In this document: positions 13,059-27,610 of the stretch, piece by piece
Position numbering within the stretch: the first letter of the stretch is position 1
How the letters are laid out: the number at the start of each line of letters is the position of its first letter
Assembly (NCBI GenBank): GCA_964234715.1
Contig: OZ174281.1
DNA: 64,000 nt
Reading direction: 5' to 3' (one strand)
Source: Podarcis melisellensis
Lineage: Eukaryota
Program-made: the position numbers and the translations under genes
The notes under the pieces: model-generated
Seen by the model: only the letters and a program-made list of their open reading frames with translations
What the model was told of the DNA's origin: nothing
Databases searched by the model: none

Positions 13059-13567
13059 TCAATCCAGCTACTTATTTATTCCTGCACAGGGGGGCAGAAA
13101 ACCCATTATGAACTAGGCTAAAGACAGATACAGTCTACAGAAGCTAGCAGCTTCTGCAGTGTAGTAAAGGGAAGCTCAAAAGCAGCTTTTAAATTCTGCT
13201 GCAATGGTGCCCTGACTTCATCATCCCTTCACTTTCTCTGACATATAGTGAAAAATTGCCGCTCTCTTCAATAGAATATAGTGACTTTCTTATAAGATCA
13301 GACTAAGGTCTAGCAAACAAGAGGTGTTCATCAATGGACCACTCCAGTTCTATCAAGTATATAGGCTATTAATACTACAAAGTCCCATGTGACTGTATAC
13401 AAATGAAATATTTAGAAACTTCAATTTATGTCCATCACAGATTGTGCTATGATAAAAAGCAAGGTACCATGAATGATGACGAAAACACTTGTTTCACTCA
13501 GCTTCTTAAGTTATATTTCAAAATTCACCCCTTACAAAGATTGCTAGGGTGTTTTTTGCTTACATAC

Positions 13568-13720
13568 CTATGAAAAGCAGAGAACAAACTGCTGGGAGAC
13601 AACATCAAGGGACCCCTGGGCAAGATCGTTCCTTTGTCATTAACCCAGTGCAAGTACCCTCTTGTCATGTCTGCCATTCCAATGGCACGAGCAGAACAGT
13701 ACAGAAACTTGTAGCCATTC
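13568..13720 (-). CDS. LPIN2: LPIN2 exon 17
   Basis: [50 protein letters not shown]; tag/gtatg. Confidence 0.96.
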
Positions 13721-15331
13721 CTAAGAATGAAATTCTAGATTAGGAAGATCTCTCTTGATGTGGTAGACCATTCACACCAAGAAGTCACAGTCAGATCATA
13801 CTGAATTGAAAAAGAGAAGGCAGCTATTCATTTTTTATAAAGCATTTAAGCAACTGGAAGGGAGAAGGGTGTGTTGACCCAAGGTCACATCAGAAACTAA
13901 TGTGCCAGTGCAGACATCTTTAAGACTATATTCCAGGGGTGGGATATTGGAGCCAGCTGGCAACCTTCCCCACCACCTGAGGGCCAACTCTGGCAAATGG
14001 GTGAGGTACTGCAATGTCATGTGACCCATTTTCCTTTGTCCACGATATGAAATCAAACTGGGCAAAGAGGCACAGCTTTGCAGGTGGTAATGATCCACTG
14101 CAAGCCCTGCTTTCAGCAGGGGACTGGTGTGCATGGAAAACGTAATGGTAAAAGACAAAGTACAATAAAACAACACTTTCAAGTGTATTTAATATTCTCC
14201 ACAAAAATGGTTTGAACTGGTTTTGAATCTTTAGATGGTTCCAACTTCTCAAAACTCTGGTTACTAATTCAACTTTTATTCTCTTCCCACACTCCCTGAA
14301 GCATTTAGGCTGCAACTTTTACTTGGAAATAACGCCCACTGTATACACACATTAAGATTGGGCTGTTTTAAGCCTCCCTCAAAAACAAATAGACCTTGAA
14401 GCTTTTGATGTTGCTGCCATAGGCTTTCACTTTTCCATATCCCCCTTTCTGTGGTATTCACCTACTTGCTTGACTTCCACTTACTATTCCATATCCTCCA
14501 GCTGGTAGTCTGTCCACAGGGTGTGGCCCCTTGTGCTACTGCATCTCCTACTCCTCCTATATGTGATCTGCTTTATCACTATCACCACAACTCATAGCTA
14601 CTTCGATATGAACCAGGATCCTAGACTTGAGTCCATCTTTTTGGTACAGCCTTAATCTACTAGTGATGCTAGTAGTATGCTTCCAGGAGCACACAAGTCA
14701 ACAGAGGTGCCCTCTTTGATACCAGCAGTAGCTGTCACAGGGTGAAGAAGGGATGCACAAAAGAGAAAGGCCATGGGCAGGCTGCTGCTGCCTCCACTAC
14801 TGGAACATGCAGGCGGCTATGGGAAATGGAAGGCAGAAAATCTGAAGATGGACAATGTTGCTGCTGCTGCTCAATCCCACAAATTTCAGCATTAGCAGCC
14901 ACTTATAGGCATGCCCATTTCTTTTTGGCTGACATGAGGAGAAAGAGGAAGCTGGAACCTTTCCTCTGGAGTCATTTGACTGAAGTTTCCTTTGGTCTTT
15001 TTTGTGCACCGCAAGCTCAGCTCATGAATGCTAGGGGCTTGCAGCATGCTGCAGAAAATAATGATAATGTGCTGAATTGGCCTACATTTGCCTCATGTCA
15101 CATGTCTAACTTCTATATTTTAATTCCTCTGTTATTTGAGTTTGAAATGTAACTTCTAAACAGGAAGGCAATGAGAATACAAATACAGAATATACAGGAT
15201 CATGAAATGCACCTTTGGTTAAAAGTGAAAAGTGTCGTGCAAGAATTCAAAACTTTAGATCTTTGGTTGTTAGTTGAATTAGCATAATCAATTATTCCTA
15301 AGTTTCACAACGCTTACAAGCAAGGTACTTA

Positions 15332-15472
<141 letters not shown>

Positions 15473-15579
15473 CTACATTAGGTATTAAAAGACCCACCAG
15501 AGTTTTTTCTGTGCCAATTTTTAAATACTTGCTGAAAACCTTTCTATTCTGCCAAGCCTATGCAGGCAATTTAACAATA

Positions 15580-15804
15580 CAATGGTACCTCGGGTTACAT
15601 ATGCTTCAGGTTATGTACACTTCAGGTTACAGACTCCACTAACCCAGAAAGAGTACCTCGGGTTAAGAACTTTGCTTCAGGATGAGAACAGAAATTGTGC
15701 TCCGGCGGCACAGCAGCAGTGGGAGGCCCCATTAGCTAAAGTGGTGCTTCAGGTTAAGAACGGACCTCCAGAACGAATTAAGTTCTTAACCCGAGGTACC
15801 ACTG
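15580..15804. mobile_element. Tc1/mariner-type MITE
   Basis: TIRs ca(a)tggtacctcgggtta / taacccgaggtaccactg, TA on both sides; closely related copy at 36422. Confidence 0.85.
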
Positions 15805-15983
15805 TACATAATTCAACAGTAGCTAATTGATGCCTGCTTGAAACTTTTTGTATGTTTTTTATTGTACAGCTTTGTGTTTTATTGATGTAAACAACATTTT
15901 ATGACATGACAGTGTATAATTAGTTCTTTAAACAAAGAAATATTCACAACAACTCAAAGCCTACCTCTCTTTAGTAACTAAGT

Positions 15984-16108
15984 CAGCCTTCTCAAACCAG
16001 GAGCAGTCCAAATATTTTGGACTACAACTCACATCAGTCCTGGACAGCACAGATATTATGGGAGTTGTAGTCCATATTATCTGGCGGTTACCAGGTGTCA
16101 GAAAGCTG
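15984..16108. mobile_element. Old hAT-type hairpin MITE
   Basis: cagccttct...agaaagctg ends; ggactacaactc / gagttgtagtcc internal arms. Confidence 0.6.
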
Positions 16109-16261
16109 AATTCCTAATTTACTTTTCCCTACTTCTTTCCAGGCTTTAAGAAAAAGCATTGGTTTTCAGAACCAAGTCACTGAGTAGTGTTCATCAGACA
16201 CATATAGATTTTGAACACACTGGTGCAGTGATTTATAGAGGTAAAACTACACTACAGCTTA

Positions 16262-16883
<622 letters not shown>

Positions 16884-17970
16884 TAATATAGATAGTGCAC
16901 AGAATTTCATCAACTCTGGGTTATTTTTTTTTAGTGCACTAGTATATAGAGTAGCCACCAGCTTTGCCTACAAATTAGATAAGCCAGATGTAATGAAGAA
17001 AGCATGTTACCCCTGATCATGTAGTCAGCGTACAGGATACAAGTCTTATGTCAGCACAGTGTAACAACTGATAGCAAAGTTTGCCTACTCTAGACTAGAT
17101 TATGAACCATGGTTCCACACCAAGGTGGAAGCAAAGGCACTGTCATCCCATTACATGAAGTGCATTCGTAAATTTGGGGAATGAAGTAAGAGTTCTTCTG
17201 AATGGCACAACTTACTGAAATCTGCATTTAACCAGTCTGTGCATTGTAGATAAGCTTCTGCTGCAGTTAAAACTTCTCTCTTTTCTACAGCAGCATGAGA
17301 GTTATGTTTGGTGACTGGTAGAAAATATAAAATAGTAAAGCAAATAATAAACCTAATAAACCATGAGTGGTAGTCAAGGCCTGTTCTTGGCTTACTACCA
17401 GTGGTCTGTTTGGAGAGAAATAAACTATGAGCTTGGATCCAGATGACACAATAAGACAGGCCATGACTACCTTTTTGTTAGTGCAGCAACAGCAGGAGGA
17501 AGATAGAAGTGAAGTATCCAGTATTTCAGCACCATGCAAAAATGCACTGCTCATCCACATTGAACTATGGTTCAGTTTATTACGGGATGTGCAAACCATG
17601 CCACTATCCATTGAGAAAGGGTAACAGATTCCCCCACCATGACCATGACACAATTTAGAAAGAAAAAGACAGGGGAAAACAATGATTTCATGTTTGCTAT
17701 AATATGTGATCATATCTCTCCATGACCCAGATCCAAAGAAATCTTAGCAACACTGAGCCAAAATTATGGAAATAAGGGAGTGTTGCAGAGCAGGAGGATT
17801 TATTTAGGAATTGCAAAAATTGACTTAAACATAGTTCACAGAACTGGTTTATTAATAACAACACAGAAACAAATTTCAGCAAGGGGGCCCTTTTCTCTCT
17901 CAACTACTCTTGTCATTTCCCCGCTAACTACTTAAAATCATCAATATGTTTACAGAATTTGGCAACTTAC

Positions 17971-18112
17971 AATTTGATCTGAAGACAATCTAAGTGACTT
18001 TTTGTAAGATGTAGCATTCCCATGGCTTGGAAGTGAAGTGGATTCTATTTTTAAGGTTTCTTTTAGTTCCTGGGATCCTTCATCATCCGTTGAAGATTCA
18101 TCACCTGTAGGC
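17971..18112 (-). CDS. LPIN2: LPIN2 exon 14
   Basis: PTGDESSTDDEGSQEL...SYKKSLRLSSDQI; tag/gtaag. Confidence 0.95.
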
Positions 18113-18730
18113 CTAAAACAATACAAGCACAATAAGCAATAAGAAATGTTGCACATTTCACAGATCCAAGCATTCTAAAGCACGTTAAGCCATTCTGAGA
18201 AGGAGAAGCATTTTCTAGACTGGGTGGGAGAAAACTAGGAAAACCTATCATCAGGGTTGTGCTTTGTTTTTTAAGCTTAATGGTTTCCCATTTTAGTGAC
18301 AGAACAGATGGATTTATGCTAAATAAAGGTAAGTATACAGCATGCTGACTATTTCATGCTTACAATGCAAGCAATATAACTATATTTATGAACCTTTAAC
18401 AAGATATATTCAGTCTCTGATGTATTCAGATCTTTTCAGTTAGCACAGGTATTTTCCCACGTCATCAAGTCAGACACCCCCCCCCCTTTCTGAACAATTT
18501 TAGCTGTTGGGACAATGGGCAGAGAAAATTTTTCATAGCTACAGGCCATGTTTTTTCATTTCATCCTAGTTTTAATGCTTTCCCATCAATACAGAACATT
18601 TTGAAGCTTACAAAGCAGATGGTGCATTTATGCAGCACCATAATTTCTTCAACTGGGTTCTGGTTTTGTGTGGCATACACATACACCTCACCGGACCTGG
18701 TCATATTTCTGTTCTGCATTGATGAAGTAT

Positions 18731-19053
18731 CATAAGAAACTGCTTTATATCAAGTCAGGCCATTGGTTCATCAAAGTCAGAATTGTTTGTGACAAGGGTG
18801 TGGAACCTGTGACCTTCGAGATGTTGTTGGGCTGCAATTCCCAAAATCCCTGACATGCTGACAGGGACTAATAGGAGCTAGACTCCAACAACATTAGGAG
18901 GATCACAGGTTCCCTAGCCCTGGTCCACACTGTCAGAAGCTTTCTGGTGTTTCACAGGAGTCTTCCATCCCCACCTAGATATGCCACCAATTGAACCTGG
19001 AAACTATTGCATGAAGAACATGTTCTCTGCTTCACTGAGTTAGAACCCTTCCC
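18731..19053 (-). mobile_element. tRNA-derived SINE (Squam3-like) interrupted by a hairpin MITE at 18793-18922
   Basis: Reverse-complement similarity to 25489-25688 on both sides of a self-complementary caaggg...ccctg insert. Confidence 0.6.
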
Positions 19054-19133
19054 AGATCACCCAGTAGCAAATTTCTATTCTGTTCTTCAAAAGGTCCGCT
19101 GTTCACTCTAAGCACAACCTATTTAAAACATAC

Positions 19134-19213
19134 CGGATTTCAACTTGTTCCTTTGTGGCTGTTGATAGGTCACCTTTTGGAGCTTCAGATTTTCCCTCCT
19201 TAGCTTCTGGAAG
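19134..19213 (-). CDS. LPIN2: LPIN2 exon 13
   Basis: LPEAKEGKSEAPKGDLSTATKEQVEI; tag/gtatg, phases fit neighbours. Confidence 0.92.
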
Positions 19214-20038
19214 CTAATATATGAAAAGTACATAAAGACTACATAAACATAGTCACACTTTCACCTGATCAGAAATAAAAGCTTGTAGTATCTTTAATTC
19301 AAATATCAACCTAGTTGTAAAAAGGTGCAGCAGGACTGAAATATTATTATTCAAATTATTTGAAGCCTTCTTCACAGGAGTGTTATTTCATTCACCTCAT
19401 ATTTAAAATATAACAATTGTTTACTATAAAGTGAGAATGCAGTATTATTAATCTCCTAAACCCAAGACCAGTTGGCAACAATAACTGAACAGGCTCCCAA
19501 ATCACTGCACAGATAACAAGTTCTAAATTTATAATGAAAAATGTAAGGTTGTGTTGTTTGGCCAGGATAGGTGAAATTTTAAAAGGCTTATGCTGTTGGG
19601 AAACAAACAAACAAAAGCAGAATAAATGGTATAACTAGATTTCTGTATTGGAGCAGCAGCATCATTATAGATGGTAGACTTTACAATAAAATCACTGGTT
19701 TTAATGTATGTTTGTTTTAGATTATTTTGATCAGAGAGGAAATAAAACAAATATCTTTTTTTAAAAAAAAATCAACAAAGACTGAAGCAATTCAACCATG
19801 GGACCTGTACACAAGGCAGAACTAAATGTTGTAGAAACCAGAAGTTGAGCTTCCCTGTGCCCAATTAGATAGAGTACAACTATGGCTGGAGAATCTGTCC
19901 ATTTAGATTTCTCTCAGTTTTGCTAGCCTTAGTTTGGTTCACTCCATTTCAGGTTTCAAATATTCTTTTAAAGTCTACATGGATATTCATATGCACTTCT
20001 CCTTACGCACACAGTATTTTTAGTGAGTTTTATCTTAC

Positions 20039-20128
20039 CTGTTTAACCAAGCTGTCCTTCTTACGCCAGAACCACCACCTTCCAGACTTCTTCGGCATTT
20101 TATCCTTAATCCAGGATTCAACTGTAGC
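20039..20128 (-). CDS. LPIN2: LPIN2 exon 12
   Basis: [30 protein letters not shown]; tag/gtaag. Confidence 0.96.
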
Positions 20129-20801
20129 CTAATAAACATATGAAATCAGCGTACAACTACAAGGTTGCCATCTGGTTCTAACATGTATAATGGTATCTCA
20201 TGTGTGCTTATCCATTGCTTGGTTATGCTAAATCTCTGAAATGTTTATGTGCTTCCATCATGACTATGCAGGAATGTACTTAGTTCAGCACAATTAAGTT
20301 ATGGGAGAGCTGTACTCTCTTCATGGAACGGCTTCTCCCTATGGTAAAAAGGCTATCTCAGAGAACAGCTCACTACAGCTACCACTGCCTGGCCCAAGTT
20401 CCATTAAGGCTGTATTGCAGGACACCCTTGGGAAACTAAAACCTGCCAACAATTTCTTATGGAGTGCTCTGCCTTAGCAGATGCCTCCTTCCCAGCTCAT
20501 TAGAAAAATTGCTGGATTAGGAGGGGTGGGGACCAAACCACAGTAGCAGAAGTGTTGTACCTTGGAACTTGGGAGCAGCATACTAGTGTTTCTCACACAA
20601 CTGTTTGACAGGCTCATGCTTTTCCTTCACAAAGCTAGGAGACATCCCAAATACCCGAATTACTATGCTTTGCTTCCCCCATAACTCTGCCATGAGAAGC
20701 CTTGGAAAAGTAGGGGACAGTGCCTCTGCCACTCTACTCTGCTTCTGTGGCCCAAAATGGATAGCCTAGTTTAATATGTTTCTGAGTATTTGCTGGTATT
20801 A

Positions 20802-20972
<171 letters not shown>

Positions 20973-21163
20973 TCACGGCAGCGCTAAAAAAGTTTGGTAT
21001 GAATTCTACATTATATGCTGCTAACAGGCAAGAATTACTCACAGAAGGTGGGTTTTAAATTTTAAAGAAGGACAATAGAATAGAATGACAGCTACAATAC
21101 AGATGAACCAGACAAAATTATTATTAAATAGCATAGGAAAATTAGGAGATTTGAGGAATGTTA

Positions 21164-21316
<153 letters not shown>

Positions 21317-21540
21317 TTAACCTAGCCCTTCTTGTATAAAAGATTTATGATTTTTTCAAATGGATGCATCTTCATTAAATGAGGGTGTAAAATCCTGATT
21401 AAGCATGTGGTTGCCTGACTCCCCACCCCCACTCAAAGCCCCAGATCACCTGGATCCAACTCCAGGTGATCAAGGGCTGCTTTGATCTGCTCTGGACAAC
21501 TCCTGGATCAACCTGGACCTGCAATTTGTCTGGAGCCTAT

Positions 21541-21600
21541 GTGCAGCCTGATTAAGAGTTCTGTAGAACTCAAAAGCTTGCACACTGTGTTGTGGTCCAA
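21541..21600 (+). mobile_element. Old Penelope-like remnant with degenerate hammerhead
   Basis: gtgca-gc-CTGATTA-A-GAGTTCT(GT)AGAACTC-AAAA-GCT-tgcac: stems kept, two core substitutions. Confidence 0.55.
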
Positions 21601-22449
21601 CACTGCCATTTCTACTTTATGCAGAATATAGTGTGGTGGACCAAGAGGAGCTATTGCTACAAGGAAGCAATTTCTGGGGGCATCTCTTACTTTTTACTCA
21701 TGCTTTGTATATCCATGGTTAACATGTGGAATAATTCAAAGTCAAGATACTAAGAAGCCAGATGTCAGTGGTTAATCTGCTGCTTTTTAAATGTCAATAA
21801 AGCAATTCCAAAGAAGTTCAGTGGTGAACTTCCGCTTATTAAAATGGCAGTTTGTTTTCTATGTAGCACCATTTGCTTCCAAACTTCCTGACTGCCCTAC
21901 ATGCACATCTGCTTAGCACCAGTTCCCTGATAACCATGCTAAAAGTGCAAAAGTAAGTCTGGAACACAGGTTTCTTTCAATACTTACTTGCCCAGCTGTC
22001 TTGTACTAACGGTGTTTGTGCACAAGTGGAAACCACTTCTGCTAATGCAGACATGGGCCCCTGCTTTTCACTCAACCCTCCATCCAACCCAATGCAGCCT
22101 CCTCTGGTTCCACAGAGCTCCCCAACCCTCATATCTCAATCAAACTGAGCAACAATCATAGCAACGGCAAGTTCTTAAAGCACTTCACAGGGTTTTGAAG
22201 CTCTCTGTTACATTGAAAGCAGGACTTCCACAAAACAGCCAATAGCAGATATGGCCTGGCATTTGACATATGCTGCATCTCAGCAGGAAATTACACTCGG
22301 GAAGACAGCTTCCTGCCTAGCTTTAGAAAAACACATGGTGGCACATATGTTATCATTTGATCCTGCGCACTGAGATAAGTGCTTCCTATAGGGCAAAGTT
22401 ATATAAAATACAGACTTCAAGAGTTTATTAAAAACAAGGCTGATTATTA

Positions 22450-22686
<237 letters not shown>

Positions 22687-24790
22687 TCACATAGTACCCA
22701 TAGTACTCCAGGGCAGGTCACAACATGATAAAACACAATGAATCTCAGAATAAGGAAAACTTCGTATGCAAAAGCAAATTAGTCTGACACAGCAGGCAGC
22801 TGTTAGACTTCAGAAACGTATCTGTCTCCCAAAATATACGGTTTTTATATACAAACATGGATATACTGTACAGTTGATTATCCATAAGAAATTTCTGAAA
22901 AGTGTTCATAGCTTGTTGCTGTTGCTATTTTTTAATGTTGATAATGTTGTAAGAATGTAAGCAGCCCTTTTGGTGAACCGCTCCCTCCATCAAGGGCCAC
23001 TCAGATGGCAAGAAAGGCATGACCACAGCCATTACCTTGTTTTCCTCCACCTATTTGATGATCAGAAATGTACCGCTTCTGAACATGGAAGCTCCATGGT
23101 TAAGTTATGCAGTTCTTAGGCTTTTCCTCCATGAAGCTATCTCAAGTGCCCTCCTTCTCAAGTCATAACTTATCTCTGCCATCTCTGCAGCATGAGCTGC
23201 TGCCAGAAAGCCACTTTGCCCTGAGTCAGCTCCAGTTCTGGCACAGCGCACAATGAAGTAGGTTTTTTCTCCTTTTTCAACACATGCTGACTTTCTGCAA
23301 TTGGCTTTTAGCACAATATCAACACCAAATATAGACAAGCATGGCAGTGATGTGTTAAAAATCCAACCAATATGTAACTCAGCATGACTCAGCAATAATC
23401 ATAAAACCATCCCAGGGTTACGTTAAATAGGCCTGGAGCAAAGTGCAGCCAAAGTATTCTTAGGCAGCCCTCCCCATTGACAGGAAATCACAGGATAACA
23501 TAAGCTGGAGATTATCACCGTAGCATGAACAATGCCCTGTACGTAAATTACATGCTATGTGTGGAAAGGAGAGAGAGACAGAACGGTTACATAGTTTAGG
23601 CATGACACATTCTCTGTAAAACACAGATATATACACACCCACACACCAATTCTATCCATTATAACAGGAGAGAAGCCTCAGGATCAGAGGACAGACGCAT
23701 CTCTATCCGGCTTCCAAGACTTCCAAGGCCCTGCTCCTCTCCAAGCCACATCCCTCACCCACACCCTAGAGTGCTTTTGCCTGGCTGAATGTGTCCTTAA
23801 AGAGTGGAGATGCCTCTTTTTTGGCTGTGTGGAAGATGAAAAAAGATGTACATGTGTACTGAGTCCCCTGACATGTGGCTGAAATGTAGCATATTGTAGG
23901 AATTTAAGGTTATATTCATTGCTCTGCCTGTTTCCCCCCCTCCCCCTGTCCAACACTGTAAGACTACCCACAAGGGAATATGGTCCTTGGACTGAAAAAA
24001 GACCCCCCACCCTCTCCCCCAACCAACCAATGATAAACCAACTTAAAATATTGGAGGAGGAGGAGACTTGTGTCACATTTGTGCAGTATCAACAGGCAGC
24101 AAGTGGCAGAATAGGTTCCACCCTGTCTAGCTCCCCCTGGCTGTCCCCACATACTGCAGTTTCCCCCTCAGTTTCCCTGCGCCTCTGAAGATAATGTAAT
24201 TTTGATTAATAAAGGTTGCCAGGAGCCTCCAATGCAGTGCCTGCTGCCAGCACTTCCAGATATGGTTGTTGGCTTCTGCTGTGTTCTGGCACGCTGCAAG
24301 AGAACCAGTGCTCAGGGACTTCCACCCCACAGCTTTCAGCACACGCAGCATAAGAGAAGCTAACAGAGACTCCGGAACGCTGACAGTGGCAGGCTCCTTT
24401 CCCATGTCCCAAGCTGGCTGGTGGGCAGTGCGGAGGGACAAGGCGAGCAGCCAGGCAGACTGACTCATGTTAGGACTGGCCTGTAAATGAGAGGTTTGAG
24501 GGAAGAGTGAGAGAAAAAGCAGTCTTTCTGTCAAGTTCCTGCGACACACTGTGCTCTGTTGACAACAGCACCCACCAGGGCTCTTTTTAAAAAGTCTCAG
24601 AAAAGTGATTAGGGGGGCTTGGCTTTCAAAGTACAATTGTTAACATGGGAAAATTAAACTAGAAAGGGGCTTGGCAACCACTTCTCCATTATATGCCCTA
24701 GCAGCTGCGTTGGATTGTAAAAGCGCTTTTTTAAAAAGCCCATTATAGAGCTCTCAATGAAATTTTACACTGACGATTTTACATTGCTCT

Positions 24791-24809
24791 ACAGCACCCT
24801 CTGGTGTCA
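24791..24809 (-). promoter_or_regulatory. CTCF-like motif
   Basis: Minus strand TGACACCAGAGGGTGCTGT closely fits the CTCF core; motif only. Confidence 0.4.
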
Positions 24810-25065
24810 CATGCTTATAACGCGTTTATAATGTTTTAACTGACAAGAATAGATTAGTTCTGTGTGGCTGAGTAAGAGGTGGTGGCAGGGAGCAGATTAA
24901 AGTTTTTACAACTATCTTATTTTTAAGACTTTTCTCTTACATGAAAAAGGGAAATCAAACAGGGGAACAATGATTGATTTAAAGAAATACACATTACTTG
25001 CATGTTTTACTGTGAAATATCTGTGTGTTCTGTCAATTATCTGTGTGTTGTCAATTAGGAAATAC

Positions 25066-25165
25066 CTTTTGGGAAAATAAAGAGCAGCAACTTCAGGTTC
25101 CAAAGCTGTCAGGTCATCCAAATATATGTCATCGGGTCCTTGGTGATGACTTCTCTTATGTATCC
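25066..25165 (-). CDS. LPIN2: LPIN2 exon 8
   Basis: [32 protein letters not shown]; aag/gtatt. Confidence 0.96.
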
Positions 25166-25345
25166 CTTAAAAAAAACCACCAGTATTCATTTAGAACAAT
25201 TAACAAATGTATTTTAAAGCAGACTGCAGACTCCACATAAAAGTTGCTTCCCGTTAAAAGTTAATCAAAGAGCCATGCAAGATGTCTCCACTGAATTCCT
25301 TCCTATCCTAGGAGTCTCCTATATCCCGTTTCCATTCCTCTACAG

Positions 25346-25481
25346 CAGTGTTGGCCAAACTTGGCCCTCCAGCTGCTTTGGGACTACAATTCCCATCATG
25401 CCTGACCACTGGTCCTGTTAGCTAGGGATGATGGGAGTTGTAGTCCAAAAACAACTGAAGGGCCAACTTTGGCCAACACTG
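25346..25481. mobile_element. hAT-type hairpin MITE
   Basis: TIRs cagtgttggccaaa / tttggccaacactg, perfect 8-bp TSD ctctacag, internal ggactacaa/ttgtagtcc arms. Confidence 0.85.
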
Positions 25482-25488
25482 CTCTACA

Positions 25489-25688
25489 GGGAAGGGCCAT
25501 ATTTCAGTGGAAGAACATCTGCTTTGTCCTGAGAAGGTCCCAGCTTCAACCACCAGCATCTCCAGGAAGGGTTGGGAGAGAGACTTGTCTGAAACCCTGG
25601 GGTGATGCTGCCAGTCAATGTGGACAATACTGAGCTACACTGACCAATAGTCTTGACTCGGCGGTATAAGGCAGCTTCCTATGTTCCT
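25489..25688 (+). mobile_element. tRNA-derived SINE (Squam3-like)
   Basis: gggaagggcc...cagtggaagaacatctgct head; aatactgagcta core; gcagcttcctatgttcct tail. Confidence 0.75.
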
Positions 25689-26292
25689 CTAGAGAGACTT
25701 TTGGAGGGGCACAGCAAGCTGTAAGGGAGAGGAAGACACACTCAAGTCCTCTTCTCTGAACTTCCCTCCAGTTACATAATTACAATACAAGCTACTCTTA
25801 GGGGCACTTTTACCCATTCTGCTGAAATTGGCTTTCAGACCATTTAAGCTGTTTAAATATATTTGCTAAAAGACAAGAGAGAACCCCCCCCCCCGAAAAG
25901 ATCTGAAGGCAGCCCTGTTTAGGGAAGTTTTTAATGTTTGACAGACTTCTGTATTTTAATGTTTTGTTGGAAGCCAAGTGGGCATGGTATAAAAAATAAA
26001 TTATTATCATTATTATGAATCCAAATAACATTTTACATAATGTAATTTTATCATCTGCATTACAGATGAAGTAACATAAATGATTTAAGCTTTATTTGTG
26101 AAACTTAAAACTTTGTGTATGAACCAGAAATTTTAAGCTATTTATACTACAGTATTATTCTACATGAACAGCTGCAAGCAGGACTAGCAAACATATTTGT
26201 TACTTATCTCTTGAAAAATGGTTAAATATGTGGAATCTGGGGTAAAAGAGAAAGTATGTCAACACTTTATCAGGTAATTAAAAATATGTTAC

Positions 26293-26629
26293 CTTTTTTC
26301 TTTGATGGGGAATCAAGTTTTGCTGGTGGTTTAGTTTCTGTCGGAGAATCTATCAATGGACTGGGAAGACTATCAGAATCTAATGCCAATGAACCTTGCA
26401 GAATGTCCAAAATTGGTTCTGTGGCTGTAGAAGCAAGTCTCTCTTTAATATCTAGCTCCTTAAGTAGATGGTGTGTTCTTGGTTCAGGCTTTACTACTGT
26501 ACAAACAGAATCATTCACCAAAATTCCATCTTCAGCTACATCACTGCTGGATATTACCCTGAAATGCGTCTTCTCTGATGGAGTGATCGTAACTGTTCTG
26601 GGATGTTCCAATTTTTCCTTCTTGCTTAT
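26293..26629 (-). CDS. LPIN2: LPIN2 exon 7
   Basis: ISKKEKLEHPRTVTITPSEKTHFRVI...KPPAKLDSPSKKK; cag/gtaac. Confidence 0.95.
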
Positions 26630-26994
26630 CTGAAAAGAAAAGCATCATTTTAAAACAATAATGCTTTGATCTCATTCATCATCGGCATGATTCAGTTCCA
26701 ACAGCTTAAAGTGGTTCTAATTTAGCATTTCAATAAAACTTGTGTCCCACCCTCCTCCACAATTCAGAAGTGTGTTTGTGTTAGATCAATAGAAGTCCAC
26801 CTCATCTGAAGTTTTGGCATCCTTACTGCACCTGATTTTCCAAATATAAGACAAGTCTCTGCAATGTCAATGGGCAGCATAGTTGATAGACAAACGTGGA
26901 AAGAAATACCAATTGTTTGTACATTAATGCAGCCTTGCAAATCACTCCACAAAACTTACACACTCCCAAGCATTAGGGACCTTCTTATAATGCT

Positions 26995-27610
26995 GTGGTC
27001 AAGTTGTTGACATCCATCTGTCTAGAGAGACCATGGAGTGAAGTCTGGGGGTGAAGTCAAACTGCTGCATTAGCAGCATCAAAGTGCCCTCCTCAGGGTG
27101 CAAGCTTGGGCAATGTGTATGGAGGTCCTGGGCTGCCCAGACAACAAGATCCCTCTCTCAGCCTTGCTGATGTGGTCCAAAGGAATTGAGAGCAGTATGT
27201 TTGGCACCAGCTTGGCTGAAGGAGGTGTACAAGACACCATTCAAGTGTCTTAGGGACTCCACTTTAGAGTAGGGTTTACTCCTTAGCCTTTTCTTCTCCC
27301 AAGAAATCACACAAAGCAGCAGAGGCTTAGGATCAGAGAGTTTTCCTTCTCCTAGATGGGCCAACTTCCCCTCTGCACCTCTATAGCATGTGCATCTTCC
27401 TGACAGCTGGATTCACTATTGGTGTTGTCCACTCAATCCACTAGAGCCCGTTTTGGCATGCAGGGAAGTTCCTAACTCATCAAGGGTCCAAGACCCTTTG
27501 GCTATCCTCTCCTGGTTTAGACAGCCAGTCCAAGCTGTTTCTGAGGGTGTGGCTGCTATCACATGCTGACAGCTTCTAGGAGTCACTGGTGAGAGTTGAG
27601 AGCAGGGTGC
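26995..27610 (-). mobile_element. LINE-derived fragment, probably RTE clade 5' region
   Basis: Resembles a squamate interspersed repeat I recognise (gctgatgtggtccaaagga...tttggcaccagcttggctg); family and boundaries not established. Confidence 0.4.

Noticed and set aside
24127-24636. 169-aa ORF as an in-frame LPIN2 cassette exon
   Set aside because: Its frame does not match the phase-2 end of exon 8, and it shows no lipin similarity.
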